Below are positions 7,078 to 15,241 of a stretch of 38,580 nt of DNA, piece by piece; positions within the stretch are counted from its first letter, which is position 1, and the number at the start of each line of letters is the position of its first letter. A program made the position numbers and the translations under genes. The DNA is from a virus (Duplodnaviria > Caudoviricetes): positions 1-38,580 of the IMG/VR virus record IMGVR_UViG_3300036987_000521. One strand, 5' to 3'. Below the pieces are notes generated by a model. The model was given only the letters and a program-made list of their open reading frames with translations, was not told the origin of the DNA and did not search any database.

Positions 7078-7794
7078 ATGGACGGCAAGATCATGGCGTT
7101 GATTGCGGATGCGCGGGCGCGGCTGGAAGCGCAGGCGGCGGCGGAGGCGCAGGCGGCGGCGGAAGCGCAGGCACAGAAAGCGGCGGTGTATGCGACGCGT
7201 TTGGCCGAGTTCAAGCGGGAATTGGTCGCGGCGCTGCCAGATGCCCTGCAGCCCTACGTCGTGTGGCGGGGTGAGTACGCGCTGCGGGACCTCGATGATT
7301 CACTGGAGACGGGGGTGGACATCGCGGTCCCTGAGTTGGCGCCGTTGTGGTTCGGCCGGCGGCGCGACGGTCTGATCTATGTTGTGCGGCAGGCGAAATT
7401 GTCGAGCGACATCGCAGCCCTGGTGATCGTGGTGTGGGATGGGGGATCGGCGTGGGCCGATCTGGGCGCGGCATTGGTGGCGGCGCAGCGAGAGGCGAAG
7501 CGGCAACAGGCGTTTTTGGCTTTAGCTGCGGAGCAGAACGCGAAAGCGGCCATGCGGGAAGCTCAGGACGCAGCCATGCGGGAAGCTCAGGACGCAGCCA
7601 TGCGGGAAGCGGCAGACGCCGCGGCCCTGCGCCAGGCTCAGCGGGCGGCAGACGCCGAGGTCGCCGCGGCGGCCAGGGACACGGCGTGGCAGCGGAGGAT
7701 TGACCTGCTGCACACGGACTCGGTGGCGCGGGCGCTGCTGGATAGCTATGTCTTGGTTCGGGACGCACGCCAAGCCCAGTACGCGGAGTATTAG
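7078..7794 (+). CDS. Alanine-rich coiled-coil hypothetical protein with AAMREAQD repeats
   Basis: AGGAGG RBS; 24-bp tandem repeat ~7547-7610. Confidence 0.7.
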   Translation: MDGKIMALIADARARLEAQAAAEAQAAAEAQAQKAAVYATRLAEFKRELVAALPDALQPYVVWRGEYALRDLDDSLETGVDIAVPELAPLWFGRRRDGLIYVVRQAKLSSDIAALVIVVWDGGSAWADLGAALVAAQREAKRQQAFLALAAEQNAKAAMREAQDAAMREAQDAAMREAADAAALRQAQRAADAEVAAAARDTAWQRRIDLLHTDSVARALLDSYVLVRDARQAQYAEY

Positions 7795-7797
7795 GCC

Positions 7798-9471
7798 ATG
7801 ATACGGATTCCGATTGCGAAGATTCGGCGCGATGGTGGGACGCAGCCCCGTGAGACGTTGGATGCGGCGGTGATCGCGGAGTATGCCGAGGCGATGCGCG
7901 GGGGCACGGAGTTCCCGCCCGTGGTGGTGTTCTATGACGGCACGGCGTATTGGTTGGCGGATGGGTTTCATCGGGTGGCGGCGGCCGAGACGCTGGGCCG
8001 GCCCAACGATACGATCCCGGCGGAGGTGCGCCAGGGGACGCAGCGGGAGGCGATCCTCTGTTCGACGGGGGTCAATGATGCGCACGGGCTGCGCCGCAAT
8101 GACGCCGATAAGCGGCGGGCGGTGCAGACGTTGCTGGCGGATCCCGAATGGGGCCGGTGGAGCAATCGGGAGATCGCCCGGCAGGCGAAGGTCAGCGAGT
8201 CCCTCGTGCGCTCCATGCGCGAGCTATCTGCGTTTCAAACGCAGATAGACGCTTCCCCCGAATCCCCTACTCCCCTCCCCCCCACCTCCACCGAGCGGAC
8301 GGTGACGCGTGCGGGCACGACGTACACGATGCAGACGGGCGGGATCGGCCAGGCGCCGAACTATGCGACGGTGGCGGAGCTCCAGCCGGCGGTGGTGGCG
8401 TGGGTGCAGGCGTTGAGCGCGGATGCGACGGCGCAGCGGCATATCCTGGCGCAGATCGGGCTGCAGAACCAGGTGGGGATGGATCACATCGAGCGGTTGT
8501 ATCAGTTCAGCGGGACGCCGAAGCCGTGCCGGCGGGCGGATTTGAAGTCGGCGGCGGCGGCGGTGTTGCGGGGGTGGGGGCGGAGTCAGGAGTCAGGGGT
8601 CAGGGGGCAGGAGTCAGGGGTCAGGGGGCCGGAGTCAGGGGTCAGGGGGCAGGAGTCAGGGGACGGGAGTCCAGAGGGGCAGGGGGCGACTGGGGCGCAG
8701 CCGGGGGATCCGGACCGGAACGGGCATACGGCGGAGTGGCGGGAGCGGGAGGCGCTGCGGTTGCAGCCATTGGTGGTGAAGTGGCTGAAGCTGCCGAGTG
8801 CGGCGAGTGCGGAGGAGTTGCGCGTGGCGCTGAAGTTGGCGGCCAGTGTGCTCGATTTGGAGGGGTGGCACGCGCGGCGGGGCCGGAACTTCGATTGGGA
8901 GGCGCTGGTGGGGGTGATCGGTAATGGGGTGGATCACGGTGCGCTGCGGCTGGCGGTGCGGGCGGTGTGGGAGGATCTGGGCAAGCGGCTGGCGGCGATG
9001 GACGATGTGGACGATGTGGACGATGTGGACGCGGTGGCGCCGTCGTTTCCGCGGTGGTTGGGGCCGGCGTTACGGCGGGTGGCGGATGGTGGCCGGGGTC
9101 AGGAGGCCGGGGGCCGGAGTCAGGAGGCCGGGGGCAGGCGTCAGGAGGCCGGGGGCAGGCGTCAGGAGGCCGGGGGCAGGCGTCAGGAGTCAGGCCCTTC
9201 GACCGGCTCAGGGAACGGGCCTGGGGGGAATGGGGCGGCCCGGCGACCGGCGGCCCTTCGACAGGCTCAGGGGGCGCTGGATTGGTTGGCGCAGGCGAAG
9301 CATGTGGTGGGGCTGAAGAATACGGCGCTGGATAAGGCGAGTGCGTTCATCGGGCAGTATGGGCCGAGTTGGGCCGAGAGCGAGGATGTGGCGCAGTTGT
9401 TGGCGGAGTTGGCGCTGGCGCGGGCGACGGGGGTGACGGCGGCGAGTTGGGCCGCGAACCCGGTCGCTTAA
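7798..9471 (+). CDS. ParB/Srx N-terminal domain protein with HTH and repeat-derived insertions
   Basis: FPPVVVFYDGTAYWLADGFHRVAA ParB motif; WSNREIARQAKVS HTH. Confidence 0.8.
   Translation: MIRIPIAKIRRDGGTQPRETLDAAVIAEYAEAMRGGTEFPPVVVFYDGTAYWLADGFHRVAAAETLGRPNDTIPAEVRQGTQREAILCSTGVNDAHGLRRNDADKRRAVQTLLADPEWGRWSNREIARQAKVSESLVRSMRELSAFQTQIDASPESPTPLPPTSTERTVTRAGTTYTMQTGGIGQAPNYATVAELQPAVVAWVQALSADATAQRHILAQIGLQNQVGMDHIERLYQFSGTPKPCRRADLKSAAAAVLRGWGRSQESGVRGQESGVRGPESGVRGQESGDGSPEGQGATGAQPGDPDRNGHTAEWREREALRLQPLVVKWLKLPSAASAEELRVALKLAASVLDLEGWHARRGRNFDWEALVGVIGNGVDHGALRLAVRAVWEDLGKRLAAMDDVDDVDDVDAVAPSFPRWLGPALRRVADGGRGQEAGGRSQEAGGRRQEAGGRRQEAGGRRQESGPSTGSGNGPGGNGAARRPAALRQAQGALDWLAQAKHVVGLKNTALDKASAFIGQYGPSWAESEDVAQLLAELALARATGVTAASWAANPVA
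9233..9272 (+). repeat. REP-like CCCTTCGACAGGCTCAGGG element (40-bp identical copy 18346-18385; cores 9193-9213, 25652-25672)
   Basis: Exact repeated sequence; encodes PSTGSG or ALRQAQG when in frame. Confidence 0.85.
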
Positions 9472-9527
9472 AGTTGAGCGCCCAGGCGGTTGCACGTCTG
9501 GGCGCTCGTGGGTGAAGGGGGATCACC

Positions 9528-9884
9528 ATGCTGGACAATAGTGTAGGGCAAGTTGGGGCGGGTGTCAAATCGGCGAAGCGGCGAATCAGCGAATCAGCGA
9601 AGCGGCCGGTGGAGTTCGTGGGGGAGCTGGTGGGGTTGTTCCCGGAGACGGATCCGGAGCGGTTTATGCGTTCGTTCGATTATGTGGCGTTGCGGCAGTT
9701 GCAGGTGAAGCGGCTGGTGCTGGCGCACGACTGCGCGTTGCCGTTCCCGGATACGGCGCCGTTGGCGTTGATCGCCTGGCTGCAGGACTGGGATGTGCGG
9801 GTCATCTCGACGGAGTTCTTGGGGACGCGGCGGGCGGGCCAGGCGCGCTGGTTCGGGAAGTTTCGGCTGATCTTGGGGAGGTAG
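9528..9884 (+). CDS. Hypothetical protein
   Basis: G-rich RBS; GCGAATCA octamer repeats near the 5' end. Confidence 0.55.
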   Translation: MLDNSVGQVGAGVKSAKRRISESAKRPVEFVGELVGLFPETDPERFMRSFDYVALRQLQVKRLVLAHDCALPFPDTAPLALIAWLQDWDVRVISTEFLGTRRAGQARWFGKFRLILGR

Positions 9885-9888
9885 GGCG

Positions 9889-10851
9889 ATGGCGTTCAAG
9901 AAGTTGGATCCGACGGTGTATCCGCGGCGGTTGTGGAGTTTGGTGGGGTTTCCGGGCAGCGGGAAGTCCACGTTTGCGATGCGGTTGCGCGGGCCGCTGC
10001 TGGTGATTGATGCCGACCATCGGGTCGACGAGGTGGCGCGGCTGGCGCCGGGCGGGGTGTATCAGCTCTCGGCGCGGCCGGCGGATAATGTGGACGCGGA
10101 GCGGATTGCGGCCTGTCTGCGCCAGAATATGCCGGATGCGGACATCGGGACGGTGGTGGTGGATTCGCTGACGGCGATCCTGGCGCCGCTGGTGACGGAG
10201 GCGATCCTGGCGAACGATGCGGGCCGGAATAAGAACCGGATGGCGGCGTTCAAGACGAAGGCGCTGGCGCTGCGGTTGCTGCAGGATATGGTGGGGGCGT
10301 GGGGGACGGATGTGCTGTACATCTATCACTGGCAGCAGGGCCGGGATGCGAGCGCGAACGAAGTGGTGACGGCGACGATCAGCCGGACGGAGCTGGCGCG
10401 GCTGCAACGCTCGATCAATGTGCAGCTTTCGATCGTCGAGGATGGGGCGCGGCGGGGGATCCACGTGGACTGGGCGCGGCAGGGGCGCAGTGAGCTGACG
10501 CTGTGGGATGCGTCGGGCACGTGGGCGGGGCTGCCGGAGCAGTTGGAGGCGGCGATCTACGGCGGTTTGAGCGCGGACGAGCAGGCGCGGCTGGCGCAGG
10601 CGACGCCGAAGGGGTTTACGAGCGCGGCGGCGGCGATTGCGTGGGGGGAAGCGCAGCAGGGGGTGTTCGAGGCGCTGGCCCATGCGCGCAATGCGTATGA
10701 CATGGTGAAGGAGCGCGAGCAGCCGCCGAATGCGCCGGCGATGTGGGAGGCGTGGATTGCGGAGGTGCTGGCGCGCAAGGCGGCGCAGGCGGCGGCCGCA
10801 GCGCAGGCGTCCGCCGCAGTGCCGCCGCCTGCGGCGGACGGGCAATTCTGA
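9889..10851 (+). CDS. AAA/RecA-fold P-loop ATPase (Sak4-like recombinase candidate)
   Basis: GFPGSGKS Walker A, LVIDAD, VVVDSLT Walker B; GGAGG RBS. Confidence 0.75.
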   Translation: MAFKKLDPTVYPRRLWSLVGFPGSGKSTFAMRLRGPLLVIDADHRVDEVARLAPGGVYQLSARPADNVDAERIAACLRQNMPDADIGTVVVDSLTAILAPLVTEAILANDAGRNKNRMAAFKTKALALRLLQDMVGAWGTDVLYIYHWQQGRDASANEVVTATISRTELARLQRSINVQLSIVEDGARRGIHVDWARQGRSELTLWDASGTWAGLPEQLEAAIYGGLSADEQARLAQATPKGFTSAAAAIAWGEAQQGVFEALAHARNAYDMVKEREQPPNAPAMWEAWIAEVLARKAAQAAAAAQASAAVPPPAADGQF

Positions 10852-10943
10852 GGTAATTTCGAGCGGTGAGCATGGCCCCGAGACGCCCATGTAACGGGCG
10901 TTACAGTGGCTAGGTTGGGCGATCCACGTGAAGGCGACCAATT

Positions 10944-11726
10944 ATGAGTCAGGTGCGAAATCGGGGCGTTTTGCTGCTGCGGGCGTTGAAGGGTGCGCCG
11001 CTGGCGGTGCTGGTGGCGATCCGCTGCCTGGGCCGCGGGGGGCCGGGGGATCTGGCCGCGGTGACGGGCTACGACCGGGGCACGGTGGGGCAGGCGCTGC
11101 GGGCGTTGGCGGCGCTGGGGTTCGTGGAGGCGTTCGGTCGCGTTTCCGGCTGGCGGGCGACGACCGCGGCGGCGCAATTGCCGCTGTTCATCCCGTCGGA
11201 GTTGGCGGGAGGGGAGTTGACAGAATCCGAGGGGGAAAATTTCCCCCTCGCTGGCGGCAGTAGTAGTAGTAGTTTAACTATGGACCAAGGACGTGAAGAT
11301 AAACAACTACTACTACTACCGGGGCGGGATGGGGAAAAATTCCCCCTCCCGTTATGTCCAGCGGCGGCGCCCGTGAGCGCCGCTGAGTTGCGGATCGAGA
11401 CGGCGTTGATCGAGCAGGGGTGTCCACGTGTCCGGGCGCGGCAGGTGACGGTGACGGCGCTGCGGGAACGGGGCTACTTTCCAGCCTACGTCGAGATGGA
11501 AATCCTCCGTTGGGCCGCCTACATTCAGCGGTACGGTAAAACCATCAACAATCCGGGTGCGTTCCTGGCGGCAAAAATCACCCGCGGTGAGCACTGCCCA
11601 GATGTGCGGTTGTGGGATAACCCCTGGTGCGAGATGGCGCAACAGGTGGATCGCCTCGCCCAGGAATGGGCGCGGCAAGAGGCGGCCGCGGACGGGGCGG
11701 CCGATGCGGATTTGATCGAGCACTGA
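10944..11726 (+). CDS. Replication initiator-like protein (N-terminal HTH)
   Basis: LAAVTGYDRGTVGQALRALAALGFVE winged HTH; C-terminal INNPGAFL motif; internal iteron-like repeats. Confidence 0.7.
   Translation: MSQVRNRGVLLLRALKGAPLAVLVAIRCLGRGGPGDLAAVTGYDRGTVGQALRALAALGFVEAFGRVSGWRATTAAAQLPLFIPSELAGGELTESEGENFPLAGGSSSSSLTMDQGREDKQLLLLPGRDGEKFPLPLCPAAAPVSAAELRIETALIEQGCPRVRARQVTVTALRERGYFPAYVEMEILRWAAYIQRYGKTINNPGAFLAAKITRGEHCPDVRLWDNPWCEMAQQVDRLAQEWARQEAAADGAADADLIEH
11229..11349. other. Putative replication origin inside the initiator gene
   Basis: GAGGGGGAAAATTTCCCCCTC and GGGGAAAAATTCCCCCTC flank an AT-richer (AGT)n...(ACT)n inverted repeat. Confidence 0.55.
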
Positions 11727-11735
11727 GGGGGGCGC

Positions 11736-11927
11736 ATGGATTACGCGCAGCGGCTGCGGTTGCGGGCCAGGTTGCAGCGGTGCGGGATGCCGGCGGTGCT
11801 GGATGAGATCGTGCGGCTGGGGGCGGCGGTGGAGCAGTTGACGGCGTTGGTGGCCGGGGCCCGGGGTCAGGAGTCGGGGGGCGGCGTGCCCGGCCTGCGG
11901 CGGGACGGTGGGGCGGGATCCCGGTGA
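11736..11927 (+). CDS. Hypothetical protein
   Basis: RBS; coupled to neighbours. Confidence 0.5.
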   Translation: MDYAQRLRLRARLQRCGMPAVLDEIVRLGAAVEQLTALVAGARGQESGGGVPGLRRDGGAGSR

Positions 11928-12535
11928 GTTTCTGCGGGAGGGCGAGTATGTTGTGGCCCAGTGAGCCGGTTGTAACCGTGGTTACACGGGGGGCGGCGGC
12001 GGCGGAGACGTTGACTGACGCGGATTATCGGGACATCTATGCGGAGTTGCGGACGAAGACGAGTCTGCGCCAGTTCGTCGCGGCGATCCACAGTGCGGTG
12101 AGCTTCGGGTGGTGGGCGAAGTTCGAGACGGGGGCGGTGGGCCTCGATTGGGCGCGGCGCAATGAGTTGCGGGCGGCGGTGGGGCTGGCGGTGCTGCCCG
12201 TGCCGCCGGGGTTGGCGCTGGCCGGGGCGGAATTGACGCCGGATGCGACGGTGTATCAGGTGGGGGCGGGGCCGGTGGATCGGGTGGCGCTGGTGGGGCA
12301 GGCGGCGGGGCCGCTGCGGCTGCGGTTGAACGGCGATCTCCGGGTGGAGCGGGGGGAACTGCTGCCGGAAGGGGGAGAGTTGGCAACCGTGCGACGGTTG
12401 CCAACTCTGGCGGGGCGGCGGCGCGCCCGGCGGAAGAGTGTGCAGATCAGCCCGGAGTTGTGGGCGCGGTTGAATGCGGCCCGTGGGGGGATGCGTTGGG
12501 CGGCGTTCTTGGGGCGGTTGGTGGACTTGGCGTGA
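11924..12535 (+). CDS. Hypothetical protein, possible DNA-binding C-terminus
   Basis: GTGA overlap; RKSVQISPELWARLNAAR RHH-like tail; contains a REP palindrome in frame. Confidence 0.6.
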   Translation: MSFCGRASMLWPSEPVVTVVTRGAAAAETLTDADYRDIYAELRTKTSLRQFVAAIHSAVSFGWWAKFETGAVGLDWARRNELRAAVGLAVLPVPPGLALAGAELTPDATVYQVGAGPVDRVALVGQAAGPLRLRLNGDLRVERGELLPEGGELATVRRLPTLAGRRRARRKSVQISPELWARLNAARGGMRWAAFLGRLVDLA

Positions 12536-12627
12536 GCCAACGGTCGCCGGGCGGGCGGGCCGGACAGGGGCTAACCTGGAACCGGCGGGCCGGCCCGGCA
12601 GCGGGATTTTACTACAGGGGCTAACCA

Positions 12628-13074
12628 ATGTCTATTACAGGGGCTGACACGATGTTGGACACACGGAATTTCGAGACGCTTACGGTGCAGGGGGTGGAGA
12701 TCCCGATTGCGGCGGCATTGGATCGGCACGGGCGGCCGGCGCCATTGATCGGCGACCGGGAACCGGCGGCGTGCGATCACGCAGGGATGACCTGGAGCAG
12801 TGAGCTGGATCTGCGGTGTGCGCGCTGCGGCGCACGGTTGTTTCTGCCGCCGCGTACGCTGGCGCTGCTTGGCGAGCAACAGATCGAGGCAATGCACCGG
12901 CTCTGGCACGCGGCTGGCTGGCCGGTTTGGGCAAAAGATCATTGGTATGACATTCGGCCGGAACGCTGGATTTTGCACGAGCAGCCACTTTTTGCGCGCT
13001 GCTGTGGTGTGATCCCGGTGCGACATGATCAAGAAGCCATGTTTGCGGCTGCGCTACAGGCGATTGCGTTATGA
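12628..13074 (+). CDS. Hypothetical protein with Cys motifs (start may be 12652)
   Basis: CDH...CARC...CCG. Confidence 0.55.
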   Translation: MSITGADTMLDTRNFETLTVQGVEIPIAAALDRHGRPAPLIGDREPAACDHAGMTWSSELDLRCARCGARLFLPPRTLALLGEQQIEAMHRLWHAAGWPVWAKDHWYDIRPERWILHEQPLFARCCGVIPVRHDQEAMFAAALQAIAL

Positions 13075-13178
13075 TCGGCGATGCGCTGCTGGTGCTGGCG
13101 CTCGGTGCGCTGGTGGTCGTGTGGCGAGCAGGGCGGCCACGGGCGGCCGGCCGGCGGCGCATGATCCGGTTCGATTGA
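13071..13178 (+). CDS. 35-aa single-TM peptide
   Basis: ATGA overlap; MIGDALLVLALGALVVVWRAGRPRAAGRRRMIRFD*. Confidence 0.5.
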   Translation: MIGDALLVLALGALVVVWRAGRPRAAGRRRMIRFD

Positions 13179-13197
13179 GGGGGCAATGATGGACGGC
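13121..13197 (+). repeat. 77-bp direct repeat (second copy 15177-15253)
   Basis: Exact duplication GTGGCGAGCAGGG...AATGATGGACGGC flanking the cassette array. Confidence 0.95.
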
Positions 13198-13386
13198 CGA
13201 CGGCGGTGGCGACGCAATTGGAGCCGACGGCGCAGGGGTGGCAGGTGGTCGCTGCCGGCGGGCCGTGCAGCGGGCAGGGCGGGTGTGAGTGCGCGGCGGA
13301 TGATGACGCCGTGTTTGCGGATGCCAGTGGGGAATTAGGCGGACGGAATCCGTCTAAGAGTAGTTAGGACGAAACCTACCGCCGAC

Positions 13387-13413
13387 AAACAAAGGCCCGC
13401 CGTGGGGCGGGCC
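13387..13413 (-). terminator. Intrinsic terminator of the reverse-oriented cassette operon
   Basis: GGCCCGCC-N4-GGCGGGCC stem followed by TTTGTTT on the minus strand. Confidence 0.65.
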
Positions 13414-13435
13414 AGTCATCGAGGAGTGTCGCGCT

Positions 13436-13804
13436 CTACTCAAACAATCGTCGGCGTACCAGGTCGCTCATATCGCCGCCGGTCTCCTGGTCGGCCATCT
13501 GCTGGAGCCGGTCGCGTTCCGCCTCAGTCATGCGCACCCGCAGCATGAACGAGCGAGGCGCATCCTCGGTGAGCGTGGGCGCTGCGGCTAGTTTCATCTC
13601 ACGGCGCACCTCGTCGGTGGTCAGGTTGTCGCCGTACCTGGTGTGCAGGTCGCGGGCAAGGTCTCGAAATTCATTTGTGCCATGCTGCTCAGCCTCGCAA
13701 AAACCAAAACGGGCAGCATACACAGCAGCGGCGGCCAGGGTAAACCCGACGCCGGCGTTTGGGTTGCGGTCGAGGAGATCACGGTAGTGACGAGCGTTTC
13801 TCAT
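13436..13804 (-). CDS. Protein with C-terminal RHH/MobC-like DNA-binding domain (cassette 1)
   Basis: SFMLRVRMTEAERDRLQQMADQETGGDMSDLVRRRL; GAGG RBS. Confidence 0.7.
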   Translation of the reverse strand: MRNARHYRDLLDRNPNAGVGFTLAAAAVYAARFGFCEAEQHGTNEFRDLARDLHTRYGDNLTTDEVRREMKLAAAPTLTEDAPRSFMLRVRMTEAERDRLQQMADQETGGDMSDLVRRRLFE

Positions 13805-13860
13805 GGAATCCTCTCTGATGGCCTATTATGGCCCGACCAGCGGGGTATGAGTGATGACGG

Positions 13861-14178
13861 TCAATTGCTCATGCGGTCGTAGCAGCTATCACACGCTGTT
13901 CCTCGTGCGCTGGTCATCGGGAATGCTGTCATGTGTCCGCAGTCGGCACGTTTCAGAGTGGGGCCGGATTTCGGGGCCGGCTTGGGTGCGATTTTGGCCG
14001 AGCGACGGGTTTTGATCTGGCTGATGACCTCATGGTATCGGGGTGTGACCTGGATTCCAGCCATCCAGGGGTCAAAATACGGGAGACCATCTGCCAGCCA
14101 TTCAATCTCGGTAGCGGTCAGGGCTGCGATTTGCTCATCTGTATAGGTCAGCACTGCGTTGATGGTGGGGTTTGCCAT
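13861..14178 (-). CDS. Hypothetical protein with C-terminal Cys cluster (cassette 1)
   Basis: AGGAG RBS; CGH...CDSC. Confidence 0.7.
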   Translation of the reverse strand: MANPTINAVLTYTDEQIAALTATEIEWLADGLPYFDPWMAGIQVTPRYHEVISQIKTRRSAKIAPKPAPKSGPTLKRADCGHMTAFPMTSARGTACDSCYDRMSN

Positions 14179-14233
14179 TGGATCATCTCCTGTTGATCTG
14201 ATGGGCCGTGGCCCGTTTGCTGTTTCAATGATT

Positions 14234-14264
14234 ACATTGTAGCACAGTGTTGCTACAATGTCAA
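14234..14264 (-). promoter_or_regulatory. Promoter with palindromic operator
   Basis: TTGACA-N17-TACAAT on the minus strand; inverted repeat ACATTGTAGCA-N6-TGCTACAATGT spans it. Confidence 0.8.
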
Positions 14265-14345
14265 GTACCTGAATCTGACGATTACCCTACGAACTTTGTG
14301 ACGATCTTTCACAAACGGGCCGGCCGCAATGGGGGCCGGTTTCGT

Positions 14346-14454
14346 TCCTAACAACGGGTTCCACCTGACCGGCGAGCTGGCCGGTTTACAAACAGATTTC
14401 GGATTCGGGGGAGACTCGCCGGAACCGCCGGCAGGTGAACCCTAGACGTTAGGC
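14346..14454 (+). other. attC recombination site 1
   Basis: R'' TCCTAAC, 5-nt spacer, L'' GTTCCAC...; L' GGTGAAC, R' GTTAGGC; arms pair with extrahelical C and A (G and T on the bottom strand). Confidence 0.85.
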
Positions 14455-14478
14455 GGACTACCACCGAGGATGTAACTC

Positions 14479-14757
14479 ATGGCGTGGTACAAAATTTATC
14501 CCAAATTGCCAGCAGAGGAATTCACCTACGAGAACAGCGGTGTGAAGTCCGGATTTCCACCGCCATACCGAGAGGTTTTCGTTGAGCACACCTATGACGT
14601 GACGGGAATCGTGGGCGAGTACGGCAACGAACAGCTTTACACGGTTGTGGGGTACTCGCTCGATATGCCGTTCCGTCCAAAATACAATTCGGTCGCCATC
14701 ATGTTCGAGGAACGTGGCACATTTGAGAAAATGTGGTGGCATTTCCCGTCCGCCTAA
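14479..14757 (+). CDS. Hypothetical cassette protein (cassette 2)
   Basis: GAGG RBS just after R'; stop TAA lies within R'' GCCTAAC; lower GC than neighbours. Confidence 0.75.
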   Translation: MAWYKIYPKLPAEEFTYENSGVKSGFPPPYREVFVEHTYDVTGIVGEYGNEQLYTVVGYSLDMPFRPKYNSVAIMFEERGTFEKMWWHFPSA

Positions 14758-14842
14758 CACTGCGTCCAGCCGACCGCCTGTCAGTCGCCGCGGCGGACGG
14801 CACGAAAACGACACCGGCGGCGGCTGAACAGCACCGTTAGGC
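14752..14842 (+). other. attC recombination site 2
   Basis: GCCTAAC-ACTGC-GTCCAGCCGACCGCC ... GGCGGCGGCTGAAC-AGCACC-GTTAGGC; L'' slightly degenerate. Confidence 0.82.
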
Positions 14843-14849
14843 GGACTAC

Positions 14850-15122
14850 ATGAACACAGAATGTCGTATCACCCAACCAGACAGCAATCAATGGCTGCGC
14901 ATCGCTGATTTGATAGCACGCCTCGAAACGATTAAGGCCCAGTATGGCAATCTGCTGTGCTATATCTACAGTGCGGATCAGCGCGCCAGTGTGCCGCTGC
15001 TCGATCTGTGTCTGTCGCCAGGTCGCACGCTCAACATTGCGGCGCAGATCGGCACAGTTTGCGATGAGATGTATTTCGACCTGCTGGTGGAAATTGAGCG
15101 GTTGCGGGAGCTGGCCGTCTAA
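14850..15122 (+). CDS. Hypothetical cassette protein (cassette 3)
   Basis: ATG 7 nt after R'; stop TAA within GTCTAAC. Confidence 0.7.
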   Translation: MNTECRITQPDSNQWLRIADLIARLETIKAQYGNLLCYIYSADQRASVPLLDLCLSPGRTLNIAAQIGTVCDEMYFDLLVEIERLRELAV

Positions 15123-15241
15123 CCCTGCGTTAACTCGCCACCGTGGCGAGGTTGTGGACGACGGGAGAGATGGACGGTGGCGAGCAGGGCGGCCACGGGC
15201 GGCCGGCCGGCGGCGCATGATCCGGTTCGATTGAGGGGGCA

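Larger units (their letters stand above)
13363..15135 (+). mobile_element. Integron-like gene cassette array without integron integrase (CALIN), three cassettes
   Basis: attC sites at 14346-14454 and 14752-14842, truncated site at 15117-15135; each cassette start is complementary to its own end. Confidence 0.82.
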
